A stretch of DNA of 64,000 nucleotides from an uncultured Rikenellaceae bacterium (GCA_964595725.1 CAZQRQ010000007.1:6039-70038); one strand, 5' to 3'; counted from the first letter of the stretch, positions 55,992 to 64,000 are shown. Translations and numbers: made by a program. The notes: generated from the letters alone by a model not told the origin.

Positions 55992-56566
55992 CTAATAAGG
56001 TATCCAGAAATAGAATTCTAAAATTACTTTATCATATACAACAATTCTAAATTCCCCATTATAAGGACCATACTTATCCTTGATAAGTACTGAATATATT
56101 GAGTACTTTTCCCCAGAAGGTGTATAATTTTTAAATTTAATTTTATAGTGTTTCCTAATGAAATTATTTATCTTATCCCCAACTTTAATCTCAGGAAATA
56201 TTCCAGTTAGACTATTGTCTTGACATGAAAAAGCTTGAACCTCATTATGAACACTTCAAAATATGATTTTGAGTAATATATGTACCTTGAACTATCACTT
56301 GGGATTACCTTACTATAATTACTGATTACAGAATCAGGTTTCCCATTTAGTTTATAAATTACCATTGCCTTATCTCCCAAGTGGATACCAGAGATACAAA
56401 TTCGATCAAAGTTTATGAAATCTTCTTTGTTCTTTTGACTGTAACAAAATTTACAGAAAAGTAATGAAACTACTACTCCTACAAAACAAATTGACCTTAT
56501 GCGCTTTAAGTAATACTCCAAATGTAATCTTAAACCAAATAATATATTATCCCTTTCCTTTTTCAT
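55992..56566 (-). pseudogene. Candidate immunity gene for the M23 toxin, apparently frameshifted
   Basis: The track ORF 56207-56566 (signal-like ICFVGVVVSLLFCKFCYSQ) ends at TAA. A second frame stays open for about 76 codons to comp(55992-55994) with no Met or plausible start (SVHNEVQAFSCQDNSLTGIFPEIKVGDK...FYFWIPY*). An A5/T5 run at 56227-56231 lies in the frame-overlap window. Confidence 0.45.
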
Positions 56567-57167
56567 ACTCAGATTCTTTATTTACTTCTTCTTTTTGTAT
56601 AGATTCTGGTTGTATAGGATTTCCATCAGAATCAAACTTAGTATCCAAATAGTCTTCTGGGTTAGTTTCTGTGGCTTCATCCCAGTTATCAGACTCTCCC
56701 TCTCTCGTAATTATATGTACATGCTCTCGATCTTCTGGTAAACCTTTGGCATTACCAGTCGTACCGGAAACACCAATAATATCTCCTTCATTGACTAACC
56801 CACTCACTGTCGGGATATCTTGTAAATGTGCATACAAGGTAAATAAGTCATTACCAGACTCAAGCTTTGATCTAATAATTAAATAATTTCCTAGTTTGCC
56901 TTCTGTATTTGCTGAGTACACTGTACCACCCTTGATGCTCATTAGATTGGTTCCTTTTAGAGCCTTTATGTCCAATCCATTATGATGCCTGCCTCGTGCG
57001 TCTCCCCATCTTCCTCCAGCTATATTATTGTTCTCTGTTGGACATATCCGGGGGTTCTTTACAGGATCACCAGAGACAAGACCAGCTATATCAATAAATA
57101 GGATGGGATTGTTAAATGTATATGCGTACGGGCTATAATTATTCATTTTTTCAGCTAATGGATCCAC
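56547..57167 (-). CDS. Orphan Rhs-junction C-terminal toxin module (cassette 3) with an M23 (LytM-type) peptidase domain
   Basis: The junction reads [58 protein letters not shown], with TGA at comp(57219-57221) where other copies have the Trp codon. M23 motifs are [20 protein letters not shown] and EHVHI. Confidence 0.75.
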   Translation of the reverse strand: MDPLAEKMNNYSPYAYTFNNPILFIDIAGLVSGDPVKNPRICPTENNNIAGGRWGDARGRHHNGLDIKALKGTNLMSIKGGTVYSANTEGKLGNYLIIRSKLESGNDLFTLYAHLQDIPTVSGLVNEGDIIGVSGTTGNAKGLPEDREHVHIITREGESDNWDEATETNPEDYLDTKFDSDGNPIQPESIQKEEVNKESEYEKGKG

Positions 57168-57190
57168 CGAATTCCACCTCCCGATCTGCG

Positions 57191-57466
57191 GGTCATAGAA
57201 TCTTGCTCCGTAATCATATCAGTGACTAGGATGACCGTTGACTGATAATATGTTATACTGATTTTGGAACAATTTTCCTGGCTATATTAAGGTTATTTGA
57301 AGCTTTATAAACAGGTTTATCAACTTATCAGTATGAAAATTAGTGCTTTTTCTGGGATTTTTAATACTTATCTATTGAAATATCTGAGTAATTACTTGTT
57401 GGAATATCTTCTAATGATCCTAGGTTTAAAATTATTGTTATTCTATAAAGTAGGAGTATCTTTGTA
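57191..57466. repeat. Copy B of the ~276-bp repeat (junction stub plus promoter region)
   Basis: See copy A (52821-53096). Confidence 0.8.
57457..57464 (+). promoter_or_regulatory. Candidate Bacteroidota -7 box TATCTTTG for the RelE-type TA operon
   Basis: The octamer and context (AAAGTAGGAGTATCTTTGTA) are identical to copy A. The antitoxin ATG is 43 nt downstream. Confidence 0.5.
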
Positions 57467-57507
57467 TTGCCTGGGAAACTAGTACTTGGAGTAATGAAAG
57501 AACTAAA

Positions 57508-57702
57508 ATGGAAGAGAACTATGTGATTGATAAAAGTGGCCGCAAAATAGCCGTTCAGGTTCCAATTAAGACCTATAAAAAACTAGTAGCGGATTCTGAA
57601 GAACTGGATGAAATAAAGGAATACCGTAAGGCCAAAACCCATAAGAGCGATCCTATACCCTTTAAACAGGCTTTCAACGAGATTGAAGAAGCTACAAAAT
57701 GA
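57508..57702 (+). CDS. Type II antitoxin (partner of the RelE-like toxin)
   Basis: 64 aa, acidic C-terminus. It overlaps the toxin start by 4 nt (ATGA). Confidence 0.65.
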   Translation: MEENYVIDKSGRKIAVQVPIKTYKKLVADSEELDEIKEYRKAKTHKSDPIPFKQAFNEIEEATK

Positions 57703-57953
57703 GGTATACCATTTTTATTGAACGTTATGCCCAAAAGCAAATCTTAAGGCTTGACAGAAAAGTAATACCTATTATTAAATCAGCCATTGCAGGTCTTGCT
57801 GATAACCCCAGACCACAGGGATATAAAAAACTCAAAGGTGAAGATGCTTACCGTATCCGGGTAGGTGATTACCGGGTTATCTATGAGATTGATGATGACA
57901 GGATAATCATTGTTGTAGTATCTGTTGGACACAGGAAAGACATTTATAAATAA
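57699..57953 (+). CDS. relE: Type II toxin, RelE/ParE family (RelE/StbE-like mRNA interferase)
   Basis: 84 aa with the motif YRIRVGDYRVIYEIDDDRIIIVVVSVGHRKDIY. Confidence 0.8.
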   Translation: MRYTIFIERYAQKQILRLDRKVIPIIKSAIAGLADNPRPQGYKKLKGEDAYRIRVGDYRVIYEIDDDRIIIVVVSVGHRKDIYK

Positions 57954-57954
57954 A

Positions 57955-57985
57955 AAGCCCGGCTTTTAAACCGGGTTTTATGTTT
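57955..57985. terminator. Hairpin terminator between the convergent RelE gene and immunity/toxin cassette 4
   Basis: AAAGCCCGG-CTTTTAAA-CCGGGTTTTATGTTT, the same CCCGG/CCGGG stem type as at 53736. Confidence 0.55.
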
Positions 57986-58009
57986 CTGTTCATTTTATTC
58001 CAAGGTTGG

Positions 58010-58201
58010 CTAAAATACTATCAAGACTACAACTCCCAATATGATTACAACTGTAGCCACTCCAATAATGTAGTTCTCCGTGTCATAGGTTCCGCCCAAG
58101 ACCGCATTGAAGTTCCCTTCGACTTCATCTTGTAAACGTGTTTTGCAACCTTTTAATAACCATCGGATAAAACCACCTATCCATCTTGCTGTTTCTGGCA
58201 T
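58010..58201 (-). CDS. Candidate immunity protein for cassette 4 (C-terminal TM anchor)
   Basis: 63 aa ending ...NYIIGVATVVIILGVVVLIVF. It starts 5 nt after the toxin stop on the same strand. Confidence 0.45.
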   Translation of the reverse strand: MPETARWIGGFIRWLLKGCKTRLQDEVEGNFNAVLGGTYDTENYIIGVATVVIILGVVVLIVF

Positions 58202-58206
58202 AACTT

Positions 58207-59043
58207 TTACTTTTCTAATTCCTTCTTAGTTGCGGTTCCAATATTTAACACATTTCTGACTATATCTAATTCTTTCAGACCTTGCTGATTAACTTTATTC
58301 GTTTGAAATAGTTTTCCTGCTCTTTGCTGCCATTTCATGCCAGTTGGCAATCCTTTTGTGGCAGTGATCCCCGGGGTATTGTTAACAAACTGATTAAATC
58401 CCTGTAGTCCTTCATTGGATGTTTTAACTACCTGCCCTGTCGTGGTTAATCCTCCTGATATTAATGCCGGAACTACGTCAATAAAAGCATCCATCTTTTT
58501 GTCCGCATTTGCTGGAGTTCCACCCAGGGATTTTCCAGTTAATAAAGTTACAGGTGAATTAACTATTGAATAACCAATAATAGCTGCAACTTTTAAAGAC
58601 CCTTCTCCAAACGAACCTGATGGAGAGTCAAGCCAATTTTTAAAAGCAGATAATGTACCTGATTTATTAATTTCTCCTGAACCAGTACTATTTATCAATT
58701 CTGGCCCAAAGTAAGATGTTTTGGCAAGGTTAAATGTTTCCTTATTATCCGTGAATTTCATCCATAGCTTACTGTCATTTACAATCAGGTCAGCAGTTTC
58801 ATTATCAAACCATTTATATTCACCAGATACGCTTTGATATCTATCAACTCCCATTCCATCAGGGTCAATAAATCTCATAGGATTATCTACAGTGTAGTTA
58901 TATGGCGACCACCTTCTGTACTTTTCAGCTAATGGATCCACCGCATTCCACCTCCCTATCTGTGGATCGTAAAACCTTGCACCGTAATCGTACCAACTAA
59001 AAGGGAAATTTTCAGATGAGATAATATCTTCCTTTATTTGCAT
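58207..59043 (-). CDS. Orphan Rhs-junction C-terminal toxin module (cassette 4), toxin domain of unknown type
   Basis: The peptide is [64 protein letters not shown] followed by about 210 aa of unique Gly/Ser/Thr-rich sequence. Its ATG is immediately preceded by an in-frame TAA at comp(59044-59046). Confidence 0.7.
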   Translation of the reverse strand: MQIKEDIISSENFPFSWYDYGARFYDPQIGRWNAVDPLAEKYRRWSPYNYTVDNPMRFIDPDGMGVDRYQSVSGEYKWFDNETADLIVNDSKLWMKFTDNKETFNLAKTSYFGPELINSTGSGEINKSGTLSAFKNWLDSPSGSFGEGSLKVAAIIGYSIVNSPVTLLTGKSLGGTPANADKKMDAFIDVVPALISGGLTTTGQVVKTSNEGLQGFNQFVNNTPGITATKGLPTGMKWQQRAGKLFQTNKVNQQGLKELDIVRNVLNIGTATKKELEK

Positions 59044-59131
59044 TTAACCCAAAGTATAAGTCCACTTTAGAAATTGATTACTCCAAGACATTTTTGAATG
59101 ATCTGTGAGGAGAACAAAACTTATGAAACAA

Positions 59132-59368
59132 CTAAAGTAAAGCAGATACAGAAATATCTTCGTCTATACTCTTCCAGTGAATCCCAACACCATTACCAAT
59201 AAGTCTCCAATCCTTAAGCTGGTCTTCGCTGGCTTTTCTTAGTCTTGGGAACCATAATAATGGAACACCGATTTCTCGCCCATCCTGTAATTGAACATAG
59301 AGCATGTCCTTTGTGAACCACACTTTTGAAGCGAGGGCATTTACTTGTTTATTGGCTAAAGTGCTCAT
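59132..59368 (-). CDS. DUF2442 domain protein
   Basis: 78 aa with the motif LYVQLQDGREIGVPLLWFPRLRKASEDQLKDWRLIGNGVGIHWKSIDEDISVSALL. Confidence 0.75.
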   Translation of the reverse strand: MSTLANKQVNALASKVWFTKDMLYVQLQDGREIGVPLLWFPRLRKASEDQLKDWRLIGNGVGIHWKSIDEDISVSALL

Positions 59369-59422
59369 TCCATTTATCTCTTATTAACACCTCATTCTTC
59401 TTAGTAATTTATTTAATATCAA

Positions 59423-61747
59423 TTATTTCCTAAAGGTGGCCTCAGTACTGGTTTTCTTTGAATATCCCTTTATTTCACCCGGCTTCCAATCTCTTGCCAT
59501 CTGGATGTCGTTATCGACTTTTTCAGTTAGTAAAGGGATGTTCACATAGCCAACCCTGTTATAGATAGCAGGTTTATATTTTGAATCATACAATTCTGCA
59601 TATTTTATCCAGTAAGTTTTTGCCCGTGTAAGATGGTCAATTGCTTCTTCTTTGTCCTGCTCCAGCCCGTAAAAATTGTAAAGTGCCAGGGAGCATGCGC
59701 CCCTGATCTTTTCTGCATAGTAGAATCCTATGGCAGCAAACGCCTCGATATCACCAAGTGTCTGACCAAGTTCAGTTTCCGTTCCCTGTTTCGATGGAAG
59801 AAGTTTTTGCAGACCGATCATTGAGAGCCTGGCATATTTTGAAATTGTATCTGCAACTGCAGTGGGAGGTAAAAGGGTGGCGGACTTATTTTCACCATAG
59901 TATTGTGCCCACTGGGTGATGTTCTGAATATTGCTCCCTGCAACCGGATCGACTTCCATGAAATCCCTGACGGTATAAAAACCCTTATACCAGGAGGGAT
60001 TACTGTAGCAGGCTTCGGGGAACCATTTAAGATCGATGTCACCCCATACCAGCCTTGTTGTCCATGGAAAAATCATTGAGGCATCTGACCAGGTCTTCAT
60101 AAGGATATCGGGTGAAACTGAGGGAAAGTGAGAAGCCAGGGTCTGCCTGAAAAGCTCATCCTGCAAACCAGGGTCATAGCTCAGCCGTCCCCAGAGCATG
60201 AAGGAATACCACTGCTTCTGTATTATCAGTGATCCGGAAAGGGTTTGTCCCCGTGTCAGGAAATCTTTCCCCCAGCAGTATCCGTCAGGACCCATATAAA
60301 ATCCTGATATCTTATCAACGGACGGGATATTCATAATATATTCCCTGGCATATCGGGGATTACCCCAGCGGAAACTATATACATCATCATTTCTTACGGT
60401 CAGCCATGTCTTCTGTCCGGCAGGAAGAGCTTCAAATGCAGTATTGCTGAAAGGCGGATTGGTTATGGAATACATGTGGGCGATGGAATACTTTATACTC
60501 AGGTCCATAGTTCCGGGGTAATCCCTAAACTCGTTCAGGATCTCGGTCATTCCGGTCTGGTGAAACCTGTGTATGAGCCTGAATTTTCTGTCCGGCTGTT
60601 TCCGAAGAGCATCTCTTATTCCCTCACCATAAGTTTTCCACAGCCATTGTTCATTGGTATACTTTTCGTTTCTGCCACCCATGTTTTCTCCAGCTGTGAT
60701 ACCAAAACCGGCCAGAAGAGGATAGGTAAGTACCATCTCCCTCATAGATGCCCTGAAATATGCTATTGTTGTGTCATTGCTGCGGTTGCTTGTTATCCCG
60801 TACTTTCCCTGTTCCCCGTATGTGAAAATGTTCCATGTGAAGAAATAGACTTCTATGCCTCGGTCATTTGCATATTCCATTACCTTTCTCCAGAATCCTA
60901 TTTTTTCCTTGATTGTTATTTTCTTAACAATCTCATGATTATCAAGCAATTCTGGATTCAGGTTCCCGGTGCCGGTTGTTGAATAAGTATTGTCAATATC
61001 TGCTGTAGTTTTCCAGACATCATCCAGTGCGACTTCGGGGTATTCTGGAACCTTTACCAGTGACGGGAAAGGATTCAGGCTCCATAAAGTAATTACATTA
61101 TATCGGTTCCTGGCCATCTCATCAAATTGCTGTTTCCAGAAATCCATATCCCAGACAACGGGAATATTCTGCTGGAAAGCATCAGACAGGTCTGAATAAC
61201 TGGGTGTCCTCAGATCGAGCGGGATGTTGAATTTGATGCCCCTTCGTTCGAGATATGGCTTGTTATCAGACTCAGGGAGAGCATCTATTGTGCCGTTAGT
61301 GATTGCCTCTGCAATATCGAGACAACCATACATTAAACCTGTTTTATCACTGCTCAGGATCCAAAATTCGAGGTTATTTCCTTCTTTTCTCTTCCTGATA
61401 GAATAACATTGCCAGCCTGTATACTCCGGTGGCCTTAATCCCATTTTTTTCAGGGCAGCTAAAGACTGATCTTTTTCAGCGGGAATATTAACAATGATAC
61501 AATTTGAACTGGCTGCCTGCCTGGTACGGCCCCTCATTATTTCTATGCCTCTTTCATCTGACGCCTTTTCCAATTCGCTGATCCCAAAGAGTATTTGCTG
61601 GTCTTTGGATTCTGATAAAAGAATGATTTTATGGTAATTGGAAATTTTCTGTTCCTGGTAGCTAATGGCAGATGAAGAAACACTTTGAGCCGAAAGACTG
61701 TAAACAGCAAACAGCAAGATGACCGGTATATGATATTTAATTTTCAT
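59423..61747 (-). CDS. Large secreted protein of unknown function, possibly glycoside-hydrolase-like
   Basis: The internal ATG at comp 61747 gives a signal peptide (MKIKYHIPVILLFAVYSLSAQS). The N-terminal SSDKTGLMYGCLDIAEAI and ERRGIKFN... pattern is like ORF 47429. The track start 61789 would overlap the upstream DUF362 gene. Confidence 0.35.
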   Translation of the reverse strand: MKIKYHIPVILLFAVYSLSAQSVSSSAISYQEQKISNYHKIILLSESKDQQILFGISELEKASDERGIEIMRGRTRQAASSNCIIVNIPAEKDQSLAALKKMGLRPPEYTGWQCYSIRKRKEGNNLEFWILSSDKTGLMYGCLDIAEAITNGTIDALPESDNKPYLERRGIKFNIPLDLRTPSYSDLSDAFQQNIPVVWDMDFWKQQFDEMARNRYNVITLWSLNPFPSLVKVPEYPEVALDDVWKTTADIDNTYSTTGTGNLNPELLDNHEIVKKITIKEKIGFWRKVMEYANDRGIEVYFFTWNIFTYGEQGKYGITSNRSNDTTIAYFRASMREMVLTYPLLAGFGITAGENMGGRNEKYTNEQWLWKTYGEGIRDALRKQPDRKFRLIHRFHQTGMTEILNEFRDYPGTMDLSIKYSIAHMYSITNPPFSNTAFEALPAGQKTWLTVRNDDVYSFRWGNPRYAREYIMNIPSVDKISGFYMGPDGYCWGKDFLTRGQTLSGSLIIQKQWYSFMLWGRLSYDPGLQDELFRQTLASHFPSVSPDILMKTWSDASMIFPWTTRLVWGDIDLKWFPEACYSNPSWYKGFYTVRDFMEVDPVAGSNIQNITQWAQYYGENKSATLLPPTAVADTISKYARLSMIGLQKLLPSKQGTETELGQTLGDIEAFAAIGFYYAEKIRGACSLALYNFYGLEQDKEEAIDHLTRAKTYWIKYAELYDSKYKPAIYNRVGYVNIPLLTEKVDNDIQMARDWKPGEIKGYSKKTSTEATFRK

Positions 61748-61761
61748 TTGTTGTTCCGGTG

Positions 61762-62844
61762 TTATTGCATTTTTACCGGGTTCTTCCATTCAAGCTGTTC
61801 ATCAATATTTTCGTGCAGCTTATATTTAATTACATGATCATCGGGATTGGCATTTCCTATAATATCTATTTTTGCGCGGTCGGTATTTCCAAATCCTGCG
61901 GCTCCCAGGTAGTTCAGATACCCGACATTCTCCAGGGGTATGCCCATCAGCCTGGCACACATGCTGTCAACGGCCACTACATCTTCGCCTGCAAGGGCTA
62001 TCCTGTGATCGACAGGTGTTCCGCTAACAGGGCCGTTACCTTCCATCCCTTCAACCCCATCGATTATTGTAAAATCCGGTCGCAATTGCTGACCAACCAG
62101 AAATATATTGTAATGTAAAAATCTCTCTCCTCCGGAATGCATCCTGCTTTTGTAATGCTTACCACTGCTCCTGTCGTCAGATATAACCAGTGGTGCTCCC
62201 ATGACTATATTCTTGACCCCTGCCGTCATCACCACACGATTGTGGGTTTTTAGCCGGGATAATGACATGATGTAGTTATTTGGATCAACATAGGTTTTTG
62301 CAACCGGTATCTCCTCCTGGTGAAGGTTGGGATCTATAATGAAGAAAGGTGTCCCATTATCTTTATTAAGGTCTACGAATTTAATATTATAGTCTTTCTG
62401 CAAGTCGAGATACCCGTAATTTTTAAATCCTTCAGCGGAGTCAACCACAGAGCTTGATTCGGCAATGATGATCTGCTTTTTGTAGATAGGCTTCATGTAT
62501 TCGAGCAGGGCACGTATTGCATCGACATGAGTTGCACAAAGAGGTGTACTGGTTGCTACCATATTAACCTTAATGATCAGCTGTTTATCTGTCAATCCTT
62601 TTCTGATCTCTGCTTCAAAAGGTTTAATTACCTCGTAAAGCATCTGCTGCCTTTCGGTTCCGGTAGTGAAGGCAACACTGCTATTACCTCTTGCTAATGG
62701 TATTTTAGGTTCAGGTTTAATGTCTGCAGGCTCTGTAGCCAAAATATCAGAAAATCCGCCTGCCAGCATACCGGCAGCACCAAGTCCAAGCATTTTTAAT
62801 GCGTTGCGTCTCCCAACCGCGAGTTGTTTACCTGATGTTTTCAT
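61762..62844 (-). CDS. DUF362 domain-containing protein with a TAT signal
   Basis: 360 aa. The leader is GRRNALKMLGLGAAGMLAGG. The DUF362 core reads IIKVNMV, LSRLKTHN, IIDGVEGMEGNGPVSGTPVD and VAVDSMCARLMGI. Confidence 0.7.
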   Translation of the reverse strand: MKTSGKQLAVGRRNALKMLGLGAAGMLAGGFSDILATEPADIKPEPKIPLARGNSSVAFTTGTERQQMLYEVIKPFEAEIRKGLTDKQLIIKVNMVATSTPLCATHVDAIRALLEYMKPIYKKQIIIAESSSVVDSAEGFKNYGYLDLQKDYNIKFVDLNKDNGTPFFIIDPNLHQEEIPVAKTYVDPNNYIMSLSRLKTHNRVVMTAGVKNIVMGAPLVISDDRSSGKHYKSRMHSGGERFLHYNIFLVGQQLRPDFTIIDGVEGMEGNGPVSGTPVDHRIALAGEDVVAVDSMCARLMGIPLENVGYLNYLGAAGFGNTDRAKIDIIGNANPDDHVIKYKLHENIDEQLEWKNPVKMQ

Positions 62845-63078
62845 ATCTCCGATTTGTTTTTGATTTATTGTAGGTTAGTGAAATAAAGGTAGAAAAAGGA
62901 AAACCCAAAGTCAAATTTTATTATACGATAAAATAATTGAAGGAGGATTAGAGAATAACTTCTTAATTTTTAATTTTAGGACATTGAAACCCTGTTTGAG
63001 AATTTCCAGAAAGTATGATCAGGGCAGAACATTTAAAAACAAGATAACTAACCGATGTCAAATTAATTAATACCTGAA

Positions 63079-64000
63079 ATGAAAGGATACCCGTTAACTG
63101 CTGTATTTATTTTAATATGCAGCTTGATTTATGGGCAACAGGCCCAGAATGTTAATATAAATATTAAGTCCGGGACTCCTTCCGGAATAATTGATCCAAA
63201 GATCTATGGTCAGCTTTTCGAACACATTTATTTTTCAGCCGATGGAGGATTATGGGGTGAAATGATTGCAGAGCGCTCCTTTGAGCCCGAGCAGTACCCC
63301 GGGATAACTCCGCGCGCAGGATTTTTCGACGGGTGGTATGAAGGCGAAAACAACATACTCCACTCGCCAACCCTTTTTGAACAACCCGTTCCATTGGTAA
63401 CCATAGATGGTGAAGATTATGTTATAAGCACCGATCTTAAATGGCGTTCATATAAGCTTGCCAGGCATATGTGGAGCGGAGGTTATGCCGACATCAGGGT
63501 TTCCTTCAGGAGCCTTCCGGGTGGTAAGAGTTATCGATTCCGGCTGCATGATCCGCAGTACGAGTCGGTATCACGCAGAAGCCAGCAGCAGGAACAGGAG
63601 CCGCAGGTTGCCACATTTTCTATCGAGAAGGAGACTGAAACGGAGCGTCAGGGTCGTGACGGTAAACCAAGAATTGTCACAGTATGGGAGCCTGTTTCGA
63701 GTGTCGACGTGAAGCCGGGACAGATAGATGCGGATGGTGCATGGCATAGCCTGAGGATTCATTGCAGTGGCAAAACCGTAAGGATATACTGGGATGAAAA
63801 ACTTGTGCTCAGGTTCAACGATCCGGAAAATATTGCATCAAAGAATGCCATATCTTTTGGAGTCAACAATACGGAGGCCCAATTTAAAAATATCAGGATC
63901 ACCTCAGGTAACGGAAAGGAAATCTACCTGGAAGGCATGCCGGAGGTGGTAAAAAATCCTCCCGTTGCCCCGCAGTGGAAATCTTTCGGTAATGGCTCGT
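63079..64000 (+). CDS. Secreted glycoside hydrolase, GH51 alpha-L-arabinofuranosidase-like N-terminus with a DUF1080/3-keto-disaccharide-hydrolase-like insert; 3' end beyond the window
   Basis: Not in the ORF track because it has no stop. My translation is MKGYPLTAVFILICSLIYGQQ...IDPKIYGQLFEHIYFSADGGLWGEMIAERSFEP... followed by ...WHSLRIHCSGKTVRIYWDEKLVLRF...AQFKNIRITS. Confidence 0.4.
   Translation, partial: MKGYPLTAVFILICSLIYGQQAQNVNINIKSGTPSGIIDPKIYGQLFEHIYFSADGGLWGEMIAERSFEPEQYPGITPRAGFFDGWYEGENNILHSPTLFEQPVPLVTIDGEDYVISTDLKWRSYKLARHMWSGGYADIRVSFRSLPGGKSYRFRLHDPQYESVSRRSQQQEQEPQVATFSIEKETETERQGRDGKPRIVTVWEPVSSVDVKPGQIDADGAWHSLRIHCSGKTVRIYWDEKLVLRFNDPENIASKNAISFGVNNTEAQFKNIRITSGNGKEIYLEGMPEVVKNPPVAPQWKSFGNGS

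Noticed and set aside
55693-55995. A 100-aa plus ORF in the ORF6N to M23-immunity spacer.
   Set aside because: Its Cys/Ser/Leu-rich odd composition and lack of motifs argue against it. The opposite strand carries a recognisable Rhs-junction remnant, which explains the open frame better.
57297-57482. A 61-aa plus ORF inside repeat copy B (TTG start).
   Set aside because: The homologous stretch in repeat copy A is interrupted by stop codons, so the conservation is at the DNA level rather than the protein level.
52751-59422. Considered a prophage, ICE or transposon origin for the island because of the ORF6N, TA and DUF2442 genes.
   Set aside because: There is no integrase, transposase, conjugation or phage structural gene, no adjacent tRNA, and no flanking direct repeats that I could find. 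It is treated as a toxin-cassette island of unknown mobility.

Overview
This 64-kb chromosomal segment has Bacteroidota hallmarks: TAnnTTTG-type -7 boxes, a CHU_C/T9SS-type C-terminal sorting domain, TonB, an LpxK-SppA arrangement, and many lipoprotein or TAT-exported enzymes. About 50 genes are supported. Housekeeping genes include hflX, asd, lpxK, sppA, folK, radC, rpsT, an mpl-like ligase, class I fumarase, tRNA-Ala(GGC) and tRNA-Glu(UUC). There is a glpD-glpK-glpF glycerol operon. Glycan and sugar genes include GH8, a GH78-like protein, a GH51-like partial gene, a mutarotase, two large uncharacterised exported GH-like paralogues and two DUF362 proteins. A periplasmic redox cluster at 34.8-41.2 kb starts with an unusual NapC/NirT tetrahaem cytochrome fused to an FGE/SUMF1 domain. 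The one clear accessory region is a visibly AT-rich island at 52.75-59.42 kb. Its minus strand carries five Rhs/YD-type core-junction motifs ([15 protein letters not shown]...). Three of them lead into unrelated C-terminal toxin domains, one of which is an M23 peptidase, and each of these is followed by a small membrane or signal-bearing immunity candidate. No Rhs shell gene is present in the window. The cassettes are interleaved with two opposite-strand type II TA modules (ParE-type and RelE-type), each launched from a copy of a ~276-bp repeat that fuses an Rhs-junction stub to a Bacteroidota-type promoter. This island is my best candidate for an undescribed system. Also present are two families of dispersed palindromic intergenic repeats, one enclosing a DUF559 endonuclease remnant, and a PagL-like pseudogene with two in-frame stops. 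No CRISPR array, integrase or transposase was seen. All calls come from reading the sequence and ORF translations by eye. No searches or statistics were run.
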